64,000 nt of DNA from Carpediemonas membranifera BICM (lineage: Eukaryota > Protista > Fornicata). Below are positions 20,283-29,878 of the stretch, piece after piece (the stretch's first letter is position 1; every line of letters begins with the position of its first letter). The position numbers and the translations under genes are program-made. The stretch is from positions 853,333 through 917,332 of the forward strand of contig JAHDYR010000007.1 of assembly GCA_019828565.1 (NCBI GenBank). Reading direction: 5' to 3'. Below the pieces are notes generated by a model. The model did no database searches and was not told the DNA's origin. It saw only the letters and a list, made by a program, of their open reading frames with translations.

Positions 20283-22073
20283 CTACCTCGGGTCGACGTC
20301 CGCCGGCATGATAGCGGTGACCTCGTCGTCTACGATACCCGGCTCGTCCCAGACCTCCATGATGACGTCCCCGTCGGCCGAGTCGACCACGGCGAACCAG
20401 GTCCCGGCGGCGTCCCTCAGGCCGTTGAAATCATCCTCGTAGGGGCAGAAGTGGGTCGCCTCCACTGGCACGTCAAAGCTGGAAAACCGACTGTCACTCT
20501 CTCTCACAAAATGAGTCTTTCCCTCAGTGACCCAGACGCAGGTCTCTTTCATGTCGCAGTAGAAGCCCTTCACCCTTTCCTTCACCTCCAGCAGCGTGGC
20601 TGCAGGGCATATCTGGTCCCGACCGAAGCCGGGGAGGAGACCCGACTCGGCAACGGCCCACGGCACCCGACCCGCGAAGAGGAGCTCGTGGTCGCTGAGG
20701 TAGACGTTGAAGTTGGGGGATGAGGCCATGATCTTGTCCACCCTGAAAGGGAGGGGCGCGAAGGCGGTGACCTCCTCGCAGTGGCCGAGGCCGAGCTGGA
20801 AGCAGCCGTTGCGTCCGGTGATCATCTGACGATTGCCCATGGAAATGATGACGCAGCGCTCCTCGTCCAGTAAATGGTCAGGTGCGAAGCCCTTGGGCAG
20901 GGGCACTGTCTGGAAAAGCTCGGGCCCGGGGGCCTTGCCGATAAACCACTTGGGGTCGCCCGCCACAATCATTCCGACGGGAGTGAGGAGGTAGAGCCCA
21001 TGCGGTCCTATCCAGAGTCGCGTCGCAAGGCGATCTTTGCCCCAGGCGGGCAAGCTGGCCTCGTACTCGGCGACCTTGGGGCAGGCGGAGAAGACCGCCT
21101 TGAGCGTCAAGCCCCGGTCAGTCCGGGCAACGGGAGGGCTCATAGGGTGCCTGTTACGCCAGAGCCACATGCCCTTGGGTGTCACGGCAACATGGTCGTT
21201 GTGGAAGTTATACAAAGTGCAGGTTAAGGGAAGGTCCATTCTCATAAACTTCGTCGGGGGGGTGTCTTCCGGCACCTGCCGGGCCCTGTAGACGCGGCCT
21301 GCGTACAGGTAGTGAGTATATGAGTCCATCTCGTCGAAGAGTGTGTCGGTTTCGCCGTCCTTCTCTACCACGTTACGAGTGAAGAAAAACTTCTTGCACA
21401 AGAACCAAAAGCACTTGTCGACAGGCTTGAACTGCTCTCTGATCTTCTTATGCATCCTGTCCTCGAGGTCGGGGTTGGCCCCGCCCTGCATCAGACATGC
21501 CCAGACCGTGCCCTGCAGCAGGGTGTGGAAGGCTGGCACAAGGTCCTCTCCTGTCTTCAGCTCCACGTTCATGCTCAACGCCGGCCCCTCTGTGAGGATG
21601 TAGACGATCTTCCGGACCCTGCTTATGGCGTGCTCGTTGTGGAGCCGGGTGAGGCTAGCTAGCGCCCTGAGGACCTCGTCTCGGACCTTGCATGCCTCCT
21701 CTGGGGTGTTCAGAGCGACGAGCGGGCCGTTGTCTGGCAGGTCTTCGCCGAACTCAAGGGAAAACGCGCCTCGTATTAGTGATGGGACGTCGCCGGCCAT
21801 GTCATTGTAACAGTGGAGAAGAAAGGGAGAAATCGCGATCATGGTGTTTTTGTGCGCATTCTTCAAGCAGTTTGCGTCTGCTGAGATTGTATTGATGGCA
21901 TGCGCGTAACGTTCTCTCATTCTCGTCGAAAGAAGCGCTGCATCCGCTTCTGAGAAGGCACGGTTATCTATGAGAGCTAGTGCTCGACGAACGTCGTACG
22001 TTAGATCGCCCTGCTCCTTGGTTCCGTCGGTCATGGAGCGATCCGTGCTCATGAACAACTTGGCGGAAGTCAT
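20283..22073 (-). CDS. RCC1/BLIP-II-like family protein (paralogue of 4872 and 48337 genes)
   Basis: Motifs GDVPSLIRGAFSLEFGEDLPDN, GPALSMNV, GGANPDLEDRM, KCFWFLCKKFFF and GRNGCFQLGLGH, with C-terminal DVDP. Confidence 0.8.
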   Translation of the reverse strand: MTSAKLFMSTDRSMTDGTKEQGDLTYDVRRALALIDNRAFSEADAALLSTRMRERYAHAINTISADANCLKNAHKNTMIAISPFLLHCYNDMAGDVPSLIRGAFSLEFGEDLPDNGPLVALNTPEEACKVRDEVLRALASLTRLHNEHAISRVRKIVYILTEGPALSMNVELKTGEDLVPAFHTLLQGTVWACLMQGGANPDLEDRMHKKIREQFKPVDKCFWFLCKKFFFTRNVVEKDGETDTLFDEMDSYTHYLYAGRVYRARQVPEDTPPTKFMRMDLPLTCTLYNFHNDHVAVTPKGMWLWRNRHPMSPPVARTDRGLTLKAVFSACPKVAEYEASLPAWGKDRLATRLWIGPHGLYLLTPVGMIVAGDPKWFIGKAPGPELFQTVPLPKGFAPDHLLDEERCVIISMGNRQMITGRNGCFQLGLGHCEEVTAFAPLPFRVDKIMASSPNFNVYLSDHELLFAGRVPWAVAESGLLPGFGRDQICPAATLLEVKERVKGFYCDMKETCVWVTEGKTHFVRESDSRFSSFDVPVEATHFCPYEDDFNGLRDAAGTWFAVVDSADGDVIMEVWDEPGIVDDEVTAIMPADVDPR

Positions 22074-22544
22074 CCATCAGGGACAAACGCCCAGGTCGTC
22101 CTGGATCCGTCATCAGCATCCAAACGTCTGCCCGATTCTGTCGTTTTTGTCGCGATCGACAGGGTTAATCCTAATTCTGGGCAACGCAAGAATCTATTTC
22201 CCTCTGCCGGGAGAAGCTAGGAAGAATCACATTCAATCAGAACAAAAAACGCCATGATATGACAGGGCATACAGGACATAGAACATGCCGCTTGCATCCC
22301 TGGCTATCCCGACTTTGTGGCGGCGCCCTGCCGTGTCAGGCACTGCCGGGTGCCGGTCACTGTAGCCGGAGGCTGGTAAGAAATGGCGGGGATGGAGCTA
22401 TCAGGGTGGCAGAGGCTCTGGGCTCCTTGTGGAGAATAGGCGGGGACTGACAGGTTCACCTGCCGACCGTGCCCATCCGCTGAATAACATCATCACCCGC
22501 CCAGCGGGCACAATAAACAAATCCTTTACCATTCTCACTCTGCC

Positions 22545-23252
22545 CTACTTCTCCGGATCGTTGACGGGGGCGGGCTCCCTCACCATGAGCCACAGCGGAA
22601 CGCCGTCCTCCTTGCCGAGGACAGTTACCCGCTCCACCGTGCGGAACCCGTGGCGCTCGTAGAAGGGCAGGTTCTTCTCCTTGCTGTTCTCAAGGTAAAT
22701 CGGCTGTCTGGAGCGGTCTGCCTGTGCCGTGAGCCTGGCCATCGTCTGACTGCCGACCCCCTTGCCGCGGATACCGGCGCCAATGGCGTACAAATAGACC
22801 CAGTCGCCACGCTCTGCCATAATTTCCTCCCTCTTCTGCTCGAGGTAGGCATCGCACTTGGAGGCACGCCAGACGGTGACGGGGTTGAGACGCTCGGTGA
22901 TCATAGCCCAGAGCATGCGCTTGGAGACTGCCTTGGAGTATGTCTTGAGGTTGGTACTGGGGATGGCGACGACTCCGCCGACTGTCTTCCCGTCATGCAG
23001 GGTGACGAAGGTGAGGCCGAAAGGAGCGCTGGATTCGATGTCAAAGACGAATACACGGGTTAGAAGGTAGTAAAAGAAGCTCTTGGCCGTATTGTGGGGC
23101 TTGGAGCGGTACTTGCCGATTTGCAGAAGGACGTTTGGATCGTCCTCGAAGGCCCTGGCCATGATTTCCGCGAAATCGGAGATGTGCTCTTCTTTGGGCA
23201 CGATGATTTCTACGGCGGGCTTTGTAGCCTCCTGGTTGCTTATCTGGCTCAT
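22545..23252 (-). CDS. GNAT-family N-acetyltransferase
   Basis: Motifs ARAFEDDP, WVYLYAIGAGIRGKGVGS (acetyl-CoA motif A) and IYLENSKEKNLPFYERHGF. Alternative ATG at 23300. Confidence 0.85.
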   Translation of the reverse strand: MSQISNQEATKPAVEIIVPKEEHISDFAEIMARAFEDDPNVLLQIGKYRSKPHNTAKSFFYYLLTRVFVFDIESSAPFGLTFVTLHDGKTVGGVVAIPSTNLKTYSKAVSKRMLWAMITERLNPVTVWRASKCDAYLEQKREEIMAERGDWVYLYAIGAGIRGKGVGSQTMARLTAQADRSRQPIYLENSKEKNLPFYERHGFRTVERVTVLGKEDGVPLWLMVREPAPVNDPEK

Positions 23253-23452
23253 GATCACTAAACGATGGTTCGATCTCGTTCCGACATCGATCAGATCCAT
23301 ATTTGATTGATGTTGACTCAATCACCGAGCATGGTTCCTCATCGTCCCCAACCCCGCGTATTTCCCCTTCGCCCCCTTGACCGCGGCCCTCCATAGTCAA
23401 CCCTGCGTCCGGGCTACATCCGGGCAGCGCATGATAAGACAACCAGGCAACC

Positions 23453-24511
23453 CTATTTACATCTGTCCCTGTCGGCGCCATAAACTGTATAAAAGGCGTT
23501 CCACAGATCCGCGTTATGGATGCACACTGTCCCGCCGCCCCTGCTGTACTGACTGGTATTCCTGTTGATGTCGCCGATGCAGACCTTGGCCACGCCCGGG
23601 TTGAGAGAGATGGCGATCTTACTGTGGTCCTTGGTGTAGTGGTAAGGCTCACAGAAGGGGGGGGCGACGTTGTTGCTGTTGACCACGCTAAACGCACTCG
23701 TGGCGTTCACACCATGGCAGACAGAACCGATGAACGGCCTCATCCAGGTCTCTACCACTAAATCTGACTTAAACTCGGGTGCCACGCCGTCGTCGTAGAG
23801 GTCCTTGCCCCACTGGCCGCTCTTGCTGAACATCGTGAGGGGCACGCGAGAGGACGTCTCAATGTTGGTCACCGTGAGCTGGTCGTCCTCTTCATAGTCG
23901 TTGCTGAGGAGTCTAGTCATGTAATCGGGGTTCCCCCCGGTGTCTCGGGCGGACCCGATGAGGTAGACCTTGTTGTGGCGCAGGGCTGTGGTAATCTCGC
24001 CAAGAGTGGCCCAGCCGACGGACATGCAGAAGAAGGACTGCCCGAAGTCGAGCTGGGGGTCGGGGAAGAGGTACTTCTGGCCGTTGCGGGGGTGGGGGAA
24101 CCGGGGCACTGAGTGTGGCATCCAGAAGCCGCCCCTGTCGTCGGAGCTCCAGGCCATGACGCCCTTGGCATGGGCATAGCGCGGCTCCTCACCGCCGTCG
24201 ACCGGCTCGTCGTTATACATGACGTAGCCGATGTCCTGGTCGTACACCTGGTTGATGGTGCGACTAATGTGGTTGTCGGGGGCAGTGAGCCTCTTCTCGC
24301 TCAGCTGCCAGTCGCTGTGGTTCTCATCGATGAACATGTAGCGATCTCCGTCCTCAAAGCCGCTTTCATCGGAAAGAATCGGCATTTTGATGGCCACGAA
24401 CCAATCGACCTCCTTTCCGCTCTCATCGAGACAGGAAAGGGCAAAAACTGGCTTGATACCAAACGAGAAGAGTGAAAGAATGAGAACGAGAACGACAAAG
24501 AACAGCTTCAT
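23453..24511 (-). CDS. DNASE2: Deoxyribonuclease II (acid DNase, secreted/lysosomal)
   Basis: Signal peptide MKLFFVVLVL, then SCLDESGKEVDWF, YNDEP, HAKG, FWMPHSVPRFP, GQSFFC, KDHSK and CIGDINR...RGGGTVC. Both HxK motifs are intact. Confidence 0.93.
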   Translation of the reverse strand: MKLFFVVLVLILSLFSFGIKPVFALSCLDESGKEVDWFVAIKMPILSDESGFEDGDRYMFIDENHSDWQLSEKRLTAPDNHISRTINQVYDQDIGYVMYNDEPVDGGEEPRYAHAKGVMAWSSDDRGGFWMPHSVPRFPHPRNGQKYLFPDPQLDFGQSFFCMSVGWATLGEITTALRHNKVYLIGSARDTGGNPDYMTRLLSNDYEEDDQLTVTNIETSSRVPLTMFSKSGQWGKDLYDDGVAPEFKSDLVVETWMRPFIGSVCHGVNATSAFSVVNSNNVAPPFCEPYHYTKDHSKIAISLNPGVAKVCIGDINRNTSQYSRGGGTVCIHNADLWNAFYTVYGADRDRCK

Positions 24512-24809
24512 CGATCCTCGATTAGTGAGCGTGAGATAGGTGATCCAAGATCCGTTGAAATCTCTTGAATATCTAGCGGAAGGCCAGTGGGAGGCCAGTG
24601 ACGTTACTGGGTTGTCTGGAGCCCTTGGTCGGCGGTCTGCTTGACCTGGGAACCTCGTTGCGTGATACATGGCGGACTAGGCTTGGGTTACTCCCAGCCC
24701 GGCACACCACTGGCCATATCTAGTGTGCTGGATCAGCTCCGGGTCCCATTGTCATCACTCGCCCACTTAGGCGATACAACAGAGTGCAGTTTAGCCAGGG
24801 TGATCGCCG

Positions 24810-27800
24810 ATGAACAGTCGGAAAGGCGCTCTCGGACGTCTATTCGATTCCAGTGTTGATTGGAATCAGAGGGTTCGGCATTACAACGCTCAGTACAGCG
24901 GCAGTTCCCAGATCACAGCGGAGCTCGACTCTGTCGATGAGCAAACGATCTACGGCCTACGGAAGTTCATGGCTGATACTAGTGCTCAGTTTGAGCTCGA
25001 GGAGTCCGATTTTGTTGAGTTCAAGCATGTCCGTGACACGGGAGCCCACTTCTCCTTCGAGGCGCATCGTGCTGTAACTGCATTCCTCAACGGCCGTGGG
25101 GGCGTCATCATCTTCGGTGTCACGGATGCCCTACAAGTTCTCGGCCTCCGCCTCACTCGCCAGGAAGCCGAGGCGACCGCGAGACGCTGCATGGACGAGC
25201 TCGGCAAGAAGATTGAGCTGTACACTCCTGCCCTGGAGGTCCAGAGCCGTGTCATCGAGGTTAGATCGCCCGTATCCCACGGCCGCAAGGGCAAACGCCG
25301 ACCCAAGCACGTCATCCTCTTTGCCGTGCCCATGTGCCGCCAGTCGTTGACCTCGCGAGTCTTCTTCACTCTCGAGGGCATCGGGTACGCCCGCCTAGGC
25401 ACTTCCACGGTCACGCTGTCCACTGCGCTGACCATGGACCTCCAGCCCCCGCCAGGCCATGCCGCGGCGGCCTCTCAGGCAGCCCGCCTCCCCATCAACC
25501 GACCCGAACAGCGTGAGGCCTTGATCAAGAAGATCCATAACGCCCAGATCCTCTTCCTCTCGGGTGAAACGGGCTGCGGCAAATCCTCTCAGGTGCCCAA
25601 GATCCTGATCGACTCAGCCCTGCCCTCGAGCGACGGCAAGAAACGGCCGCTGAGAGTAGTGATCGCCCAGCAAAAGAGACTGTGCGCCATAGCACTCGCT
25701 AAGCGGGTGTCACAGGAGCTGGGGGCTCCTATTGGCACGCGGGTGGGCTATCACATCGGGGGCCGCAAGGTATACTCCTCGAGCACGGAGCTGCTGTTTG
25801 TGACGACGGCCATGCTGCGGGTTTACGCTACATCCGGCTCTTTACGTCAATTTCAAGTAATTATCCTCGACGAGGTCCATGAGCGCGACATGGATACGGA
25901 CCTCGCCCTGTTTTACATAAGGGAACATATAACATCCCGACCTGACCTCCGAGTCATCCTGATGTCCGCTACACTCGAGATTGAGGCCATACAGGCCTAC
26001 TTCTCCTCACACGTGGCCTCGATGACCGCCCACCACATCCCAGTCGGGTCGACTCACCCTGTCACAATCCACTACCCCCTTGACAACAAGCGGTTCGTCC
26101 AGGATCATGCCATCGACCTTACTGGCTTCGACGTTGCCCGAGGCAGGCTTGCCCAAGAAGTCATGGATGGCATGACCGACGTCATAGCCGCCTGGCACAG
26201 CAAGTGCAGACGGGAGCTGAAGCCGTCTGACCCCATCCCCGCGGTCCTCGTCTTCCTCCCCGGCCTGGGCAATATCCTCGAGTTCGGTGCAGTTTTACGT
26301 CGCCAAGGCGACCAGCAGCGGATTAAGATCTGCATGCTCCACTCGTCTGTTGACGGGGCGACCCAGCAGGAGGCCCTCCAGCCTGCCCCACGCGGTGTTC
26401 TCAAGGTTGTCCTGGCCACGAACATTGCCGAGTCATCTCTCACTGTCCCCGACATCGGCTGTGTCGTCGACTCCTGTCTCGCCAAGACCACTGTTGTCCG
26501 GGCCGGCCAGTCGCTTCTCACCGAGGTCTGGGCTAGCAAGAACGCTCTCAAGCAGAGAGCCGGTCGGGTTGGCAGGGTCATGCCAGGCGAAGTTTACCGC
26601 ATGATCCCCCAGTCGTTCGAAGCCACACTGCCCCAGACAACCACCCCAGAGATGGAGCGGGTCGAGCTGGAGTCTGTTGTTCTCAGGCTGCTGGGCTGGC
26701 GCCATGGTGACCCTGGCGCCGTCCTCAGGGCATGCCCCGCCCCGCCGTGCACGGACAACTATATGGCCGCCATGGCAAGCCTCATCCAGTGCAGGGCGCT
26801 CGCGGTGCTGCCTGACGGCAGCGCCATGCTCACACCGTGCGGGATGCTCATGGCCAGCCTGCCCCTCCCGCTCCCGGCAGCCCAGCTGATATTGTACGGC
26901 CTCGCCTTCCAGTGTATCGATGAGGCTTGCGTCCTTGCCGCCCTGGTCTCACGCCAAGGCCCCATCAAGACGCCCCTGGCCGAGCCCCGCAGGTCCATGG
27001 ACGCGCTGCTGAGGTTCAGCGGCGGTACGAGGTCAGATATCATCGCGAACTTCAACGCCTATTGCTGGTGGCTCGAAAACCGAACCGACTGGACGCCCGA
27101 GACGGAGCCTGTGAAGCTCGAGGAGGCTTGGCTCAGCCCGTTCCACATGCGAGAGCTCGACGACATCGTCATCCAGCTCAGGTCGACCCTGTCGCTGTCA
27201 GGGCTCTGCGCCCAGCCGCGTCGCCTCGATAACCACCGCAGGAACGTGTTTATGAACTCCGCGGCGATGGAAGAGACGCGTGTAAGCTCCGCCCCTTCTT
27301 CTGAGCGGCCCACCTCGCGAGCACTTGGCATCAGCCGACGATTGGACCAACTGGCCGCTTCCCTGGCCCAGGCCGAGATCGACGGCCACGACAACACCAC
27401 CATGGAGGGCCAGGTCGCCAAGCTACTCGGCGAGCTCTCCGTTGACGACATCGCGGACTCCCTGCCCGAGCACGCCGAGACCATGGCCACGCTCGCCCCG
27501 TTCACAGCCTCTACGGTCGCCCCTGACGCCTCGGGCTGGATGGACTACAGTGGGGGGCATTTTACCCCTATCAGCATGTTCCCCGGCCTCGAGGCCAAAC
27601 GCCGCGCCCTTGTTCTCATGATGCTGTTGGGCGGTGCGAACATCACGAATTGCTACGGCGTGGCTGAGGCGAGCAAGACCACCTTGGGCGAGAGGTTTTG
27701 GAAGGACTCGCAGGTCGAGGGGTGCCCCAGGGAAGCTGTGCTCATCAAGCCCGTGCCAGCCGCCATCGCAGACCCTGACCAAGCATTCGCCGACCTGAAC

Positions 27801-28814
27801 CGTCGACTGGCGGAAGTCAACCCGCGAGACTTTTCTGGACTCACGCTGCTGCCCGCCCCGACCCGCGACTCCCTTCTGGTCAAGACCCGACGTGACCCCT
27901 ACCCGCCCCGAGTTGTCCCAGAGTTCGACCTCTCTATCCAGGCCAGACTACTCGCAGCTGTGGCAAGGGAGGCATACTCTGACCTCCCCCTGCATGTCGA
28001 GGGCAGCCTGGTCTCCTCAATCAACACGGCACTCAAGCCTGTGTTCGAGACGGCCGGTCGGCATCATTCGATGAGCGGGCTGAGTCTCGTCAGCCCAGTC
28101 ACCGCCCTGGAGCCCACCGCATCGCTCAAGTGGGGCGAGGGTTTGCTTGTGTCAGCCAAGCCGTTCTTTGGAAGTCGGTCGGTCAGCCTGCACGCGAACA
28201 CTCTCTTCCCCTTCGACCTACCCGCCCCGAGACTATCGGTCCTCCTCACATTCTTCCCCACGACGCCGGTCTCAACCCGCGTGCTTTATGAGGGGAAGTT
28301 CCACATGGTGCAGTGCAGTGGCAGGTTGTTCAACCGCGGCTGTGACCTGAGGGCGACAGTGGACACTGAGACGCTGGATAGAATCACGAGTATCAGGAGA
28401 TACATATCGGATTCGCTGGGGATTATGACTGCTGAATATTTATCCGATAATCGGGATGATATCACGATTGACGAGATCCGGGACCTCATGGCCAAACGCA
28501 GGAGTGCTATCAAGGCGGCAGTCAATCATACAAGTCACAATCTGACACCTGATCGCGCGATTGACAAGTTATATCGCGTCTTGACAGACATCAAGGTTTT
28601 GAACACACAACATGTTGTTGCAACGAACGCCCAGCGTATCAAGGGCGCCTCCGTCGCTCTGGACACGGCTTCCATCGGCAAGAAGACTCTTGTGAAGAAA
28701 TCAGACCCATCGTTTGACTGGAGGAAGAGCGGCGATGTGAAGCGAAGGGCGATCAAGAAGGCGACGAGACGCAGCAATGCGTGGAAGAAGCGGCTGCAAA
28801 CGAGCGATGATTGA
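24810..28814 (+). CDS. Schlafen/AlbA_2 domain fused to a DEAH/RHA helicase (Spindle-E/TDRD9-like)
   Basis: N-terminal EESDFVEFK...AFLNGRGGVIIFGVTD..V.GL is an AlbA_2 signature. Helicase motifs GETGCGKSSQ, DEVHER, MSAT, VFLPG, ATNIAESS and QRAGRVGR follow, then an HA2-like region. Confidence 0.88.
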   Translation: MNSRKGALGRLFDSSVDWNQRVRHYNAQYSGSSQITAELDSVDEQTIYGLRKFMADTSAQFELEESDFVEFKHVRDTGAHFSFEAHRAVTAFLNGRGGVIIFGVTDALQVLGLRLTRQEAEATARRCMDELGKKIELYTPALEVQSRVIEVRSPVSHGRKGKRRPKHVILFAVPMCRQSLTSRVFFTLEGIGYARLGTSTVTLSTALTMDLQPPPGHAAAASQAARLPINRPEQREALIKKIHNAQILFLSGETGCGKSSQVPKILIDSALPSSDGKKRPLRVVIAQQKRLCAIALAKRVSQELGAPIGTRVGYHIGGRKVYSSSTELLFVTTAMLRVYATSGSLRQFQVIILDEVHERDMDTDLALFYIREHITSRPDLRVILMSATLEIEAIQAYFSSHVASMTAHHIPVGSTHPVTIHYPLDNKRFVQDHAIDLTGFDVARGRLAQEVMDGMTDVIAAWHSKCRRELKPSDPIPAVLVFLPGLGNILEFGAVLRRQGDQQRIKICMLHSSVDGATQQEALQPAPRGVLKVVLATNIAESSLTVPDIGCVVDSCLAKTTVVRAGQSLLTEVWASKNALKQRAGRVGRVMPGEVYRMIPQSFEATLPQTTTPEMERVELESVVLRLLGWRHGDPGAVLRACPAPPCTDNYMAAMASLIQCRALAVLPDGSAMLTPCGMLMASLPLPLPAAQLILYGLAFQCIDEACVLAALVSRQGPIKTPLAEPRRSMDALLRFSGGTRSDIIANFNAYCWWLENRTDWTPETEPVKLEEAWLSPFHMRELDDIVIQLRSTLSLSGLCAQPRRLDNHRRNVFMNSAAMEETRVSSAPSSERPTSRALGISRRLDQLAASLAQAEIDGHDNTTMEGQVAKLLGELSVDDIADSLPEHAETMATLAPFTASTVAPDASGWMDYSGGHFTPISMFPGLEAKRRALVLMMLLGGANITNCYGVAEASKTTLGERFWKDSQVEGCPREAVLIKPVPAAIADPDQAFADLNRRLAEVNPRDFSGLTLLPAPTRDSLLVKTRRDPYPPRVVPEFDLSIQARLLAAVAREAYSDLPLHVEGSLVSSINTALKPVFETAGRHHSMSGLSLVSPVTALEPTASLKWGEGLLVSAKPFFGSRSVSLHANTLFPFDLPAPRLSVLLTFFPTTPVSTRVLYEGKFHMVQCSGRLFNRGCDLRATVDTETLDRITSIRRYISDSLGIMTAEYLSDNRDDITIDEIRDLMAKRRSAIKAAVNHTSHNLTPDRAIDKLYRVLTDIKVLNTQHVVATNAQRIKGASVALDTASIGKKTLVKKSDPSFDWRKSGDVKRRAIKKATRRSNAWKKRLQTSDD

Positions 28815-29878
28815 ATGGCGATGGGGGGTCCGCGCGTGCATCTTATTAATGTATGGTACTGTTAAAGCTCAGGCTGGGAGTGACTTGTGTGGGGAGAGAA
28901 CACGTAAAGCTCATATAAATACGTAAAGCAGAGCTCAGCAGAGTCACCTCGACAGCTGCCGTGTGTTCAGCGCAGCGATCTCAGTCCGTCCAGGCATGCT
29001 TACCAGCTGTGGCCATCGGCTGAGGGGGTGAGTCATGCCGACTTGAACAAGTCTGAATCCAAGCAGTTGATGCAGACGGTCAGTCCAATTCAGCTTCAGC
29101 TGAACTTGATCCTGCGATGACAATGTTGCTAGACCATCCACCAGTCGGTATTCTTGCCACACCACCCGAACCCCGAAGCTCGAGTCGACTCGAAGGCACG
29201 TTTCCAATGAGATCCCGAAGACAGCTATCCAACAAGTCATTTTTCACCCTCCGTGCCCGCCGTGCTGGGGCTTCTCTCCTGACGGATCACAACAGTTACC
29301 AAACAAGTATACCAACCACACCAACTGAACCCAACGCCATCAAGACTGAGACACAATAAAGCCAGAACGACAGCCTTGTCGCCGGAGCGGGGAAATTAGA
29401 AGGTGCAGGCACCCGCGCCAGCAGAGGCATTGTAGACCCAGCAGTTGCCCTCGGCAAAAGCAACGGCAATGTCGAACTTGAGCCGGTGGTTGTCCCAACG
29501 ACTCGGAGACTGCGGGTCATAGCGAGACGTGGTGCCCGCCATTGCCGCGACCCAGGCCGAAGACTGCACCAATTGCCTCCTCCGGCGGGTAGTCGCCCAC
29601 TTCTCTTCCACGGAGCTCATATTCATCCCCGTAGGCGCTCTCCACGAGCAGATTCGAGACGTCGTCCGTAGCGTCCCGGTCGGGCCATATATCATGCACC
29701 AGAAGGCACTGGACAAGGCCCTGTGAGAAGGCCGCTCTGATTCAAGGCTGGGTAGGTCGGATCCGATGCCTGGGTCGAGGATCCAGAGTCGCGTCAAAAT
29801 GACCTGCGGCATTTACGATAAAACATAAGACGGCACGGTCTTCTAACTATTAAAACATGAAGTCACGGCAAGTCATGC

